Assembly: GCA_002633005.1 (NCBI GenBank)
Contig: NMRA01000325.1
Span: forward strand, 457,331 to 505,844
Length of the DNA: 48,514 bases
Reading direction: 5' to 3'
Source: Phoronis australis
Lineage: Eukaryota; Animalia; Phoronida
The notes beneath the pieces were generated by a model. The model made no database searches and had not been told where the DNA came from. It saw nothing but the letters and a program-made list of their open reading frames with translations. A program made the translations under genes and the position numbers. Of the stretch, positions 1 to 11,505 are shown piece by piece (positions within the stretch are counted from its first letter, which is position 1; each line of letters opens with the position of its first letter).

Positions 1-1067
1 AAATAGTAGACCGGTTCTTGAATTGCCTGGTTTACGTCCTTCATGAGTTCACCTGTCCCAAATTGAGTGCTTTCGTTTTTCTTTTCAGGTCGTCACTAGT
101 CGATTCTTCTAACAGTCGTGATCTGCCCAGTAGCCTATTGTATCAACGTGCGCAACAACGGTCTTGGCAGAGGGTTGCACCAAGCAGACTCCCTTAGAAT
201 TAGTGGCACAAAATCGACATTGGTGTGCAGCAGGAGGCCGAGGGGGGGAGGGGTGGCGGCGTAAATTAGTAGTGACTGAGGGAGACTGAGCTGCGCGAAA
301 TTGGTGATGATCGTGGACGGCGCGAAACTGGTGACGACCAGAAGAAACGGCCCTGTTATCTTCCTCGCAGATTATCAGAAAATGCTAACGATTATCAGTT
401 TCACTTCATCCACAAACAGATTTCACAAGTCAGAGTTTTCACTGTGGTTGAAAACGTAAGCGAACCCAGATGTGTTAGGTCACCTCAGTTGCATGAAGAC
501 ACGCCAGTGTATCACTGAGTTAATATCGGGCGTTTCAAAGGCTGTGGATGAGAAAAGTTTTAATTGTAAAAAAACGGTTGGGTGAATTTGATGTTGGTAG
601 CATTTGAAATTGCATTTGCTTTCTAGTCAACGCCCTTATATATACAATATGTTAGTTAATCGTGTCTTCAGCCGCGTAGCACTGTACTAGTCGACGCATT
701 CCCATCGTTTGCAGTAGGCCTAAACATGTAGAACGACAGCGCTTCTTCAACAATTCAGACGACTACCAGGACAACAAATGGGGATCACGAGTAGATGAGA
801 AAGTACTCGTTTTATTATCATGATTGTCTTTTTAATCTGTTTTGGGTAATTGTTCAATCAAAGTTTTTATGTTGAAACTGAGCTTTCAGATAATATGGAA
901 ATAAACATGTCAGAGTTAACTTGCGTTTCGGTTTGTAACCAGCAGACAATGCATGGATACGTTTAACAAACATAAATATATGCTATGTTCTTGTCATTGT
1001 TCGTCATTTTCTTCACTGAACTCGTTCCCACATCCATTACTGTTACGTTTAATGCAAAATTCGTTAA

Positions 1068-1510
1068 AATTGAGAAAGCGCATGTTTTGATGGTCGGGAA
1101 CCCTCTTTGTACGCCGAATACGCAAGTCCAGCTTTTTATTGGGAAACCATGCGTTGACAGCGCAAACTCGACATTTTTTATTGAGAAAACGCATTTTTAC
1201 AAAAGAGAATCGGTTGTCTGTAACGTTTCATGTGCGTCAACAACGCAAACCAGACCCACTCATTGAAAAGCCCATATTTGTCACCAGGAAGACTCTTCAC
1301 AACACAGCCCGGCCGATATTTCAAGTGAGATAGCGCAGTTTTGAAAAGATTCCGTCTCTTGCGGAGAACGGTTTTTGAGCATCGGCAATGCAAGCCGAAT
1401 ATTTCACATTGAGAAAGCACATCTTTGAAAAGAAGAACCAACACTTGTTGGGAACGGTCTTTGTGCGTCGACGACGCACATTTCTTATTGGGAAAGCCAG
1501 ATTTTCAAAT
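1068..1510. repeat. Degenerate ~60-85 bp minisatellite
   Basis: A TTGAGAAAGCGCATnTTT-like motif recurs at ~1070, 1139, 1181, 1263, 1325, 1409 and 1488. A second motif like GAACGGTCTTTGTGCGTCGACGACGCA recurs at ~1098, 1222, 1366 and 1452. Confidence 0.6.
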
Positions 1511-2054
1511 ATTAATCGCTCAGACCATTTGAGTCTCATTTACCTGCAATTATACTGCTATCAAATGACCGAGCCAGCATTGTTGATACTACGACCGCTC
1601 ATCGAAATAATGTACACCCACGAAATTCGGACACTAGCGGAAACCCAAATTTGTAGGTCCGCCAAATTCGGACACCACAAAATGATATTTCGCGAGATTC
1701 GTCCAAGAATGAATTTTTTCTCTTGGAATTAATTTTCAGTGTCCGAAAATCACGCGACTTTACCGTAGCTCAACTCAAGATTACAGCGACACCTACTGTT
1801 AATAAATCATTTGAAACAGCATCCCATCATTGATTCTGAATGGTGCTTGCCTGCGCGTGATTCCCGCGTTTTCCTGACATAATATTGATGAACAAGTAGA
1901 AGCATTTTAGCTTTTCCATTTTTTTTAGAATTGTGACCATTTGAAAATTTTCCACGAAATTGTCTGAAGTGATACTCTTTTCACAAATTTGGACCTCAAA
2001 AACAACCTCCGCTGTTTTGGCGGATTCTAGCAGATGCGTATATCAGGGTCACCA

Positions 2055-2148
2055 CACAGGCGTCCTCAGCTTCTAATCGTCCCCAATACACTACATGTAG
2101 TATTATATGTAGTGTATTGGGGACGGTTAGAAGCTGAGGACGCCTGTG
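2055..2148. mobile_element. 94-bp foldback MITE with 8-bp TSD (hAT-type)
   Basis: Arms 2055-2096 and 2107-2148 are near-perfect reverse complements (CACAGGCGTCCTCAGCTTCTAA...TTAGAAGCTGAGGACGCCTGTG). The direct repeat GGTCACCA flanks it at 2047-2054 and 2149-2156. Confidence 0.8.
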
Positions 2149-3389
2149 GGTCACCATAGGATCGAATTCGAATCCTCGGTTCCGTCACTCGGGCAGGGGA
2201 TTGACGGCCCTCGGTCAATTTGAACTTATGAAAAGCGACGATCTGCAAGTCGGTAGATTAATTCAGTTTTTGACCGACAGGTGACTCCTTCCATTCATCA
2301 TGGCGGTATTACAGTTTTGAAAGCCAAACATCGGACAGTTTGCATAGCTGAAGCTGGGGTTTGGTCTATTTTGCTAGCAAATCAGTCACTTAAAGCTTTT
2401 CAAACTGTTTGAACCACCGAACAAAACCAATGTAAATGCAGGATTGTCTCCTCCTGACCGCCGAAAGTACACTACACAAGTTGGTATCTCGAAGTCAAAC
2501 GTTTGTTGTTATAATCCTATCTACCAAAACTTGGAATGCGAAACCACCGGAGTCTAGAATCATAATTATGTAAAATTTATGTACGAGGCAAAATGTAACA
2601 TTTTACAAATAAACAGCATTATGGATTTCTATTCGACTGTGCCATGAAATCTCAGACTTGGGTTTGGTACTGAGAAGTCGATTACGCCACACTAAATTTT
2701 GTTCCCTTTTCGTTACTCAGCACATTGTCGTGCAAATACTTCGTTCGGTATAAGAGGTAGTAGTAAATTAAAGCTAGAGTTTTTCACTCCTTTCTTTGTC
2801 GATGAGATTGACTTTATATTACCATAAAAGTGTTATTGGTGAAAAAAAATCATACCTCCTACAGAAATCCTGTTCTAGGACAAAGGCTTACCGGAGCTGT
2901 CAAACGGATCTTCTACATAAGTAATCCCTTCAGTTGCTGATACCATTGTCTGTAGAACACACACTTATTTCCAACTGAAATTAAGTGGTTATACAACAAA
3001 GATTGATATGGTGCATCAGTGTCACCATGCAATATCATAACTTTCTTGCATAAAAACGGCCACAGAGCTGAAAACAACTTGTCCGGTCAAAACTTAGTAC
3101 TATCAATGCCTCTTAATTGATTGTTTAGAGACTCGTATAATTGACGTTTCAGAGGAATTCCATCATGTATTTGTGTACCCCAGATAATTAATCGCAGAAG
3201 CTATAGTGACATAAAAGGCACCACATAATTAAAACCGTCTGAGAAGGCACTTTTTTCACGGCTTGCGCGCGTCACAGCCGGCACATCAAGAATGAGGTTT
3301 AATGTATATCAGTGTGTCATTGATATGTCCAAACAAGATTCCCGATTGTGAAAATGTTAAAAGGGACATCACTTGGCCAATTGCAGTCG

Positions 3390-3645
3390 ATTTCATACAA
3401 GTGGTCTAAAGTTAAACCTGGTTTAAACTGGACTTAGACCACTATGATTTAAAGATCATCTGCATTTCATAAAGGTGGTTTAACTTTTGGACCAGTGGTT
3501 TAGTAAAACCTGGTTTAACTCCAGTTTAAACCTGGTCTAAATCAGTTTTTATTTCACCGACGATGTCTATATTCCTTAGACCTGTAGTTAGATCATAGTC
3601 TTAAACCAGGTTTAACTTTAGACTTAGTCAAACCCAGGTTTAATA
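3390..3645. mobile_element. Palindromic MITE-like repeat rich in AAACCTGG/CCAGGTTT
   Basis: TCTAAAGTTAAACCTGGTTTAA (~3406) has its reverse complement TTAAACCAGGTTTAACTTTAGA at 3601-3622. There are several internal AAACCTGGTTTAA copies. Confidence 0.55.
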
Positions 3646-6011
3646 CTATTAAATATGGCAGACTTGTACGACATAGGTGCAACTGAATAATGCTGTGGCG
3701 TGCATTTACAACGCAGTTTTAGAGTGAGAATGGACTATTTTCAATTCTCAGGTTTACACCGGCACAAGATCAAACATGACAGGGTCGGATCTAGGATTTC
3801 GGCTCATGCCAAAAAATGACGGGATATTATTCTGGAGCAGCATAACGGCTGTCGGTGCTACACACGCCATATCAACACCGTTTGCCCATTCTTAGCGGAC
3901 AATTTCTTGAGCTATAGACTAAAGTAAGTTTTACTCGACTACATGTGGTTTGTCGGGTAAAATGGCGGCTTGAAAACGCACACGAAGGTGTGCCAAGAAT
4001 GCTGCGTTCTGATTGGTCAATTAAGCCGTCCGTCATAATCCTGGCGATAGGTCAATTGTAACCGGTTACTGACTTGAATCCAGTCGAGTCGTCAGTAATG
4101 ACAAGAGCGTAACGGTCGCCCGTTTGCCCAAAGTCAATACTGACCTCCTCCCTCGGCCCTTCGGGGAGGAGACATTTTCAACGGTTCACGAGTCTTCACG
4201 ACACTGATACCACGAGTTCACGATCGACGCCTTGACTCCACTGAAAAAGAGTGTGGTTGGGGCTTTTGGGCTAGACCTTCGCCGTAAAAGTTTGGTACGG
4301 TGATATCACGGATTGTAATTTGAAGACATTGAAGACAATTGTAGGTTTTATGCCCAAAAACGCATTTTCGTGATTATTGTTGGATGGGATGGAATTTTTA
4401 AAGTTATTAGCTTTAGCTAGAGATATAAGACAACAACTATAAGATCCATTGTGTTTTTGTAATTCAATTACACATTGACACTGATTCGCGCCGAGATTCC
4501 GGAATCAAAGCCGCTGTTTTTGCCATTTAAATACACTTAAAATCATACCTGCTACTTTACACGTGAGATATGGCTCGTCAGCAGCAGAGCGTTCGGTTTC
4601 GCTTCTACATTTAATTTCTGTAAAACTTTCCTCGCCCAGAATGTCCCTCTAACGTTTTTACACGTGTCAGTTTTACTTATAATTATGTTAGGCACTATCC
4701 ATGCGAAACTTGAGACTGTTTCTTCATCTTGATTCATATAATTTTGGTCATATCGACACCGTTGCTATGAACATATCGTTCTTTGTTGTAAACTTGTCAT
4801 ACAGTCAATCTATCAACAGCAGTTTAGGAAAATTTCTAAAATCAAAATCTCAGTGAACGCTTTCGGAGAATATGTAGTATCGTTTTGAAAAAGGTCTTGG
4901 TTGTTTCAATTCAAATTTGAACAGTCCTTAACCAACTTTATGACGTTCGTTTGTTTTAAAAGTATTCAAGTTAGTGACAAGCGCCAACCATTACACGAGT
5001 GGTACACCAACCTTCTCTATCAGCTTGTCTTCCCTCGGGGCACTCCACTCTTTATTGGGCATGTTAACCGTTGGGATGTATTTGCAGTGACTTGTAATTG
5101 AGATTGTACTACAATATTGTAACTCTAAAATGGACATTATCGGCGGAAAACGCATTTTGGGGGTTATTGTTCAATAAATAAAATTCCTGAATTTGCAAGG
5201 TTTGACTAGAACTATAAACCAGGACAATCCGTTATACGTTTTTGTGGTTTTGTTGCAAATCCCAATTCTCGCCGTTGTTGAGCAGACATTAGCTGAAATC
5301 AAGGCCCGTGACTTTTTCTGTTAGAATACATTTGAAATACTGGTGTTCATGCAGTATAGGGGTTATATCCGCCAGAAGAGCGTTAAACTGAGACAGCGGG
5401 TGTTGCAAGTTCGATTAAGCGCTGCAGCGAATCAACAAAGACGTCTGATCGCCAATGTCGCTTTAAATGTTATATGGAAATCCTTAACAACACCACTGCA
5501 AATTAATTATATTTTATTCAAACGCAGACACTCATTATTTCATTTTAAAATTCGATACAAATATATGTACAGCAACAAACGTGTCAGCAGCATTAAAAAA
5601 GTTAAATTTCTAACATTCAGACCCTTCTTCAGCGTTAGTGTCTGATTCCTTAAGATACATGTTTGGAATTAAGTGATAATATTAATTAAAGCCATTGCAA
5701 ACAGCGACTATTCTTTAATATAGCGTGATCGTAGAATCATTCAATGGACCTACGGCGAAAGTGCATGATCGAACTAGTTAATAAAACCCTCAGCTAAGTT
5801 GAGACCGTGGAATGCATGTCAATAGCATATTCAGTCAAGGTTTGAATTTAATATCTGTCTAGTGTCGATAAAAAACTCGCCAAAATCACGTGCTCTCATA
5901 CATAGCGATATCTCGCAGAATTTCGTGAGACCTTGACTGGTTTCAAAACTTCAAAATGACGTTATTCCAAGCAAGTCCATAATCTCACGCCACTAGACCA
6001 GTTGCAAAATA

Positions 6012-6222
6012 CAGGGTGTCCCAAAAATGTATTCACACTTTAGCGCAACACCGCCGGGGAGTTCAAATTCAACTCCCGTGGATCAATCTCTGTGCTCACA
6101 AATACTCCTTGCTGTGAAAGTTGGCGCGTGAGCCCTTATGGCCTTTACGTTCACGGGAATGATGAACAAACAATCCAATGTAGTAACCATTTGAAATGCG
6201 AGTGCATTTGTGGGACACCCTG
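6012..6222. mobile_element. Tc1/mariner-type MITE
   Basis: TIRs CAGGGTGTCCCAAAAATG ... CATTTGTGGGACACCCTG, with TA at 6010-6011 and 6223-6224. Confidence 0.85.
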
Positions 6223-8340
6223 TACATAATACATATCCGTGCGCCTTAATCCAACATAATACATTTTGTTTAAAATATTTTTGCTCAAATATTTCACACA
6301 TAGGCGCGCGCGTCTATGTTTCCCTTATTTACGCCGTAAGCGAGTGTCTCTTGCACTTATCCGACATGTCTCAAACTGAACACTAGTCACTCTTAAACTG
6401 AAAACACGTAACAGTATACTTCCCTACCTGCAAATCAACATCTACTTCGATTCATGTTTTGCAGGCTTGTAATATAGGTGCAGCGGATATGGGCGCAGTT
6501 TTAATTCCCACACGGGCTCACATGTACTAGTTCTGCCACAGCACCAGTTGAAATGATCACTGAGCCAACATGTACAATGCGATGTTTTGTTGGTTATATC
6601 AAAGTAATGTTATTTCACCACTGTCCACCAGGTAAACCACAGAAGTATTTTAGACCGATGATACTACTAAAGGATAGATCCAGCATCAAGTCATGTTGCG
6701 GGAACATGTAAACACAACAACAGTCCACCATCATTATGTCACAAACATTGTGAACGAAAAAAACGTCTAGATGTTTTTACGAGGCACTTGGGGCATATGC
6801 AGTGATACACAGAGAACCAAACAGAGAAAAAATGGCATGTGGCAGATTTCATGATCAGATGAATATATGACTGGAAAAAACAGATTGTTATCGAGTTCCT
6901 ATGGAGAAACGAGCAAAAACTCGACACTATTCCTCGCGGAATAATGTCTCGTGGGATATTACTTCATGTACGTCACTCTCGGTACGTTTTGTGTATGTAT
7001 TTACCTATGGTTTTCTTATTGTACGCAAATTTCTTTTTTGTGAGTTAGTTCCGCGGTGTTGCTACTAGTGTTGTTTTTAATGCGGGTTGTAGTCGCGGAA
7101 ATTTAGAGTTTTAATTCCGCCATGTTTTTTCCTGATTTTCTATTTTCTCATGTGCGGTTTACATTCGACATTAGTTATACATTGTGTTAGTGCTACAGTG
7201 GGGCGTAGGCGCACGTAGGCGCAGCCAACCATCTTTTGGCATTTGAACGTAGCGCCTACGCACCGTAAGTTACGTTCAGTGTTCAAGGTGATACGATGGG
7301 CTTTGGGCTCCTACTTACCTCTAATTTTACCACTACATCACTGCATTGTGTACAAGAAGTTATCGATTATTTTTGGTGTAACTGTATCGTGGTTGTGTGG
7401 TTAATGCAAAATGGTATAGTATAATTAGTCCACATAACTTAGACTTATGTGTTTGAATTACCCATTTGTATCCACATTAAAACCCAGGCAGCAGCGCAAT
7501 TCTCACGAGGCGTTAACGGATGAATCGAGGTTACCAGTGCGGGGTTCGATCCGAAGACAGATTGGACGTCTAAATAGTCATCCCAAAACCTACATATTAC
7601 TTAAACACACTCGGACGACAGACCTGCCTTCCCGTAGCCTGAGAATGTTACCTTCTGTTCGCCCTAGGTGGTTGCACGTTGTTGGTGTACGCAGTCTGGA
7701 TACCTAAACGAGGTGATGCCTCATAACCAACTTAAACACACAAATGCATGCACACAACTGAATGGGTGAAAATGAAAATGCCCCCCCCCCCCCGAGTTGC
7801 GAGCTAACAGCCTCTGCTATGAAAAAAAACCTCGGGAGTACAATAAAAATGTTTGAGAAAGAAGCGAGTTCACTTAAACTCAAACAGGCCCAAAGTTTTT
7901 GTAGTCCTTAATTCACGAAAAAAGAAGCTTTGCATGACTCAGTCACAGACCGTTATAGCGCAAGGCAACAGGAAACGGGACGGTGAAGTCTCCTGACAAT
8001 TTGCAGTTCAAAAACGAAGCTTAGGGCGCCCCTGTGCGTGAATTTTCGGAACAAGTAGGCAACTTTTACTGAGCTACCACGGATCAAATACATTCTAATG
8101 GACGCAACACTTACCCAAGATGCTAATAAAGTTTTGCGACTGTAGCATTTCACTTGCGTTGCTCAATGTCATCAACGACAATCATGAAAGCAACTACTCC
8201 AAAGTGGCAATTGAATTTTTCCTAACCCGACAGTAACATCTAGGGAGTTTCTTGTCCGAGTACGTTTTGATACAACAATCACCAGCAATTATTCAGTACA
8301 CTCGATTCATCACATACTAAATTGTTGGCGTATCATGAGT

Positions 8341-11331
8341 TTAAGTAGTTGTGATTATACTTTTAAACAATTTGACGACAAGGCCAACAAACTCCGGAGA
8401 ATCATTTTGGACATCTTTCCAACAGTTGTAATCGGACACCTGGTTGAACTTGTGGTATTTCAGTGGTTGGGGAGGTTCACCTACCACGCTGATGCTGAGT
8501 AAATCTTCGTCCGGCTTCTTCATTGCATACTGCAAAGACGCTTCCACGAAATGCTTTGATTTTCTGGTCAACCGACCAGCGTCAGAAAAGACAAACAATA
8601 GATTTCTGCAGTCTTCCATTGCACCCAAAGAGTGGCTAAATTCGTATTCCCATGGAGGAATGTTATTAGAAATGATACAGGACAGTCCCAAATATTTGGT
8701 GATAATTTTATAAAAGAGGTGAAAAAGACAGTTGCCGTCAGATTCCTGACCAGTGACATAAATTTCATACCCATCGTTACTTTGAATATCTTTCATCCCA
8801 AACACAGTCTGATAAGCCCTCTGGAAGTATTCCCTGGCTATGGCTTCCTTCCCTTTTCTCAGATTTCCCTCAGCAGCCGTCACCGCAGCATCGATCAGAG
8901 TCGCTTTATTCTTAAGAACATGCTCTTTGTGAACAGTCGTCAGCAACATCACTAGCAGATTTACGGCTTCCTCATATTCTCCCTGAGACATAAGCAACCT
9001 GGCCTTATTCAAGTAAGCATCGGAATCGCTTGGATCAAGTTTTAAAACTTCATCAAGGTATTTTAGCGCAGGTGAACACTGTCCCAGTAATTCATGAAAG
9101 CGAGTAAGTTGCTTATGGCTTCTAGATTCTCTGGGATATTTCTCTGTTTCAGCCTCGAGAAGATCTTGCAAAGTTTGAGATGACGGGTGGGTGTAATGAA
9201 AAGGAAGCGACAGCAAGACAGCGTTCTCAACGGCAAAGAAAAACATTTGAATGGCGTCCTCTACAGTCTCTTTCTTTTTTCTTTCATCATCTTCTTCTTG
9301 TGACAATTCCACATAACAAAAGCCCCGTTGTTCATAACAGTTAATCTTGTTCATTAAGCTGCACGCATCAATATCTGACACCGCTTCAAAACACTTCATT
9401 GCATCTGCTGGCTTACTGAGCCGACGATATGTTATTCCCTTGTTGAAAAGCACGGGCACTGAAGTATGCTCACATAATTGACTTGCTTCTTCAAACCTTT
9501 CAAGAGCACGATTTAGTAACAAATTATTGGGATCACGTTCTTTTTTCAAATATTTCGGTGATTTAAGAACTGACGTTACCAATTTTTCGACATTAGAAAC
9601 CGGCTGGGGATTTTGAATATTTGAATAGCCAGTTCTTTTTATCGACAAATCACCCACTTTGATCGTCAATTTTTCTGTAGCGTCCGAAAGATCGTCCCCA
9701 TAACTGGAACCGCAACATCCAGAATCTAAAGACATGCAAGGAAGCTGTCTCAACAAACCCGCACCTTCGCGTGAATCACTTTGAGGCGAATTCCTATCTT
9801 GTGAAATCCTTTTCCCTTCTCTACTTGCAGCGTCCGAAAGATCCTCCCCATAACTGGAACTGCAATATGCAGAATCTAAAGACGCGAGAGGAAGCTGTCT
9901 AAACAAACCCGCACCTTCCCGTGAATCACTTTGAGGCGAATTCCTATCTTGTGAAACCCTTTTCCCTTCTCTACTTGCAGCGTCCGAAAGATCCTCCCCA
10001 TGACTGGAACTGCAATATGCAGAATCTAAAGACGCGAGAGGAAGCTGTCTAAACAAACCCGCACCTTCCGGTGAATTACTTTGAGGCGAATTCCTATCTT
10101 GTGAAACCCTTTTCCCTTCTCTACTTGCAGCGTCCGAAAGATCCTCCCCATGACTGGAACTGCAATATGCAGAATCTAAAGACGCGAGAGGAAGCTGTCT
10201 AAACAAAACCGCACCTTCCCGGGAATCACTTTGAGGCGAATTCCTGTCTTGTGAAACCCTTTTCTCTTCTCTACTTGCAAGCTGATCGAAAGAAAGCTTC
10301 TTTTTAACCATCCGGGCTCTCTGATTTTTGCTTCTTACCTCCACATTCCACTCATCCACGTCCACGAGGCCTAAATGCAAGCAATTGAATGTAGTTCGAT
10401 GTATTCTGTAAGACTCCTCTAAGTACTGTCTTGCTTTCTTTAAGTTTTGATGTTCACGTCTGCGGTAAAATCGTCCACATTCCTGCAAAACGGTACGATC
10501 ATGTGGAGCAAGTTTGATGGCTTTTTCCATGCAATATGCATCGTTTAACTTCGGTATGGATCTTTCTTTACAAATGCCCGATACACAATCTGTAGCCAAA
10601 TCATTCGCTTTCTTATACACGGATGGCATGCCGGAATACAACCACGTCATGGTGCCTATCTTTGTCCAAGCCTTTGCAGAACATGCTTCTTCAACATCGG
10701 GACGGTCAATAACTTCCGTAAGTGAACGGACACCTTTAATGAACGTCGTGCTTGCATCGAAATCTTTGTCGTCGATGTATGCTTCTGCATTGAGACACCT
10801 TTGTAGAACGACCCCATATCTATAGCTCCATTGCCATTTCCCAGGGCGAGCTGCCAGTACTTCTTCATACATCTTTATAGCCTGTGGATGATACTTTGGT
10901 CCAAGCTTTGAGTAGGAATAAGCTAGTTCTGCCTTTGCGTTAGTAACCTGTTCCGCGTAATTCTGTTTGCCCTGCATACTTTTGAGTTCGCTGATAGTTC
11001 TTTCTGCCTTTACCAAGTCTTCACTTTTGATAAGCATGTGCGCATAGTTAGCCCAGGCAACAATATTGTTTGGCTCAGCTGCCCGTACCTTCTTGTTTCT
11101 CTCCCTAGCGGAGTTTGTGTTTTCTGGACCACCCAGCTGCATTTCCAAAAAGGAGAGTAAATTTTCGTTCGCACTTTCATAGAATACTGATGGGTCATCT
11201 TCATCCTCGCTCAAAAGCTTTTTCTTAACCTTTTTCATTACCTTCACAGGACATCTGTCCAGGTGGAATGAACTTGGAAACTCTTTTAGATACGTTCGAA
11301 GTCTCTCCTTCAAAAGCGTCGTTGATTCCAT
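8341..11331 (-). CDS. TTC22/IFIT-like tetratricopeptide-repeat protein with internal 50-aa repeats and a C-terminal TIR-like domain (copy 1, 996 aa from the likely ATG)
   Basis: Open for 3 kb. TTC22-like motifs (FPSSFHLD, ENLLSFL, EPNNIVAWANYAH, AKAELAYSY, AKAWTKIG, CMEKAIKLAP) and TPR helices (ALKYLDEVLKLDPSDSDAYLNKARLLMSQGEYEEA). The C-terminus YEIYVTG...LGLSCIISNNIPP...GAMEDCRNLLFVFS...SKHFVE resembles a TIR domain. ATG placed at 11331 because it follows a TTTTTTAG|ATCAATA acceptor and matches the starts of the other two copies. Confidence 0.9.
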   Translation of the reverse strand: MESTTLLKERLRTYLKEFPSSFHLDRCPVKVMKKVKKKLLSEDEDDPSVFYESANENLLSFLEMQLGGPENTNSARERNKKVRAAEPNNIVAWANYAHMLIKSEDLVKAERTISELKSMQGKQNYAEQVTNAKAELAYSYSKLGPKYHPQAIKMYEEVLAARPGKWQWSYRYGVVLQRCLNAEAYIDDKDFDASTTFIKGVRSLTEVIDRPDVEEACSAKAWTKIGTMTWLYSGMPSVYKKANDLATDCVSGICKERSIPKLNDAYCMEKAIKLAPHDRTVLQECGRFYRRREHQNLKKARQYLEESYRIHRTTFNCLHLGLVDVDEWNVEVRSKNQRARMVKKKLSFDQLASREEKRVSQDRNSPQSDSREGAVLFRQLPLASLDSAYCSSSHGEDLSDAASREGKRVSQDRNSPQSNSPEGAGLFRQLPLASLDSAYCSSSHGEDLSDAASREGKRVSQDRNSPQSDSREGAGLFRQLPLASLDSAYCSSSYGEDLSDAASREGKRISQDRNSPQSDSREGAGLLRQLPCMSLDSGCCGSSYGDDLSDATEKLTIKVGDLSIKRTGYSNIQNPQPVSNVEKLVTSVLKSPKYLKKERDPNNLLLNRALERFEEASQLCEHTSVPVLFNKGITYRRLSKPADAMKCFEAVSDIDACSLMNKINCYEQRGFCYVELSQEEDDERKKKETVEDAIQMFFFAVENAVLLSLPFHYTHPSSQTLQDLLEAETEKYPRESRSHKQLTRFHELLGQCSPALKYLDEVLKLDPSDSDAYLNKARLLMSQGEYEEAVNLLVMLLTTVHKEHVLKNKATLIDAAVTAAEGNLRKGKEAIAREYFQRAYQTVFGMKDIQSNDGYEIYVTGQESDGNCLFHLFYKIITKYLGLSCIISNNIPPWEYEFSHSLGAMEDCRNLLFVFSDAGRLTRKSKHFVEASLQYAMKKPDEDLLSISVVGEPPQPLKYHKFNQVSDYNCWKDVQNDSPEFVGLVVKLFKSIITTT
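9680..10279 (-). repeat. In-frame coding tandem repeat, 4 x 150 bp (50 aa)
   Basis: TTGAGGCGAATTCC recurs at 9781, 9931, 10081 and 10231. The unit is SREGKRVSQDRNSPQSDSREGAGLFRQLPLASLDSAYCSSSHGEDLSDAA. Confidence 0.97.
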
Positions 11332-11338
11332 TATTGAT

Positions 11339-11505
11339 CTAAAAAAGTGAAAATTCTGAAGTAACATTCTGACCATGTTTTCAAGTAACGACATATACAC
11401 AACTTGCACGAGAGAAACAGCGAGAGAGAGAAGGAGTGAGGGGNNNNNNNNNNNNNGAGGGGGGAGGGAGGGAGGGAAGGAGGGAGGGAAAGAGAGAGAG
11501 AGATA
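11339..11505 (-). promoter_or_regulatory. 3' splice acceptor and upstream pyrimidine-rich intronic tract of copy 1
   Basis: Minus-strand AG at 11340-11339 preceded by TTTCACTTTTTT. A (CT)n/(CCCT)n tract spans 11410-11505 and contains a 13-N gap. Confidence 0.7.

Noticed and set aside
4290-5340. Weak similarity between ~4310-4530 and ~5090-5330 (AAAACGCATTTT.G.G.TTATTGTT)
   Set aside because: Too diverged to define boundaries by eye; probably old repeat subunits.
8444-11204. Antisense and alternate-frame ORFs inside the TPR genes
   Set aside because: These are shadow ORFs; their recurrence in paralogues reflects conservation of the main CDS.
11332-11409. N-terminal 26-aa extension of the 1022-aa ORF
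   Set aside because: It crosses a polypyrimidine tract and AG acceptor conserved in all three copies and has no counterpart in copy 2, so it is probably intronic.
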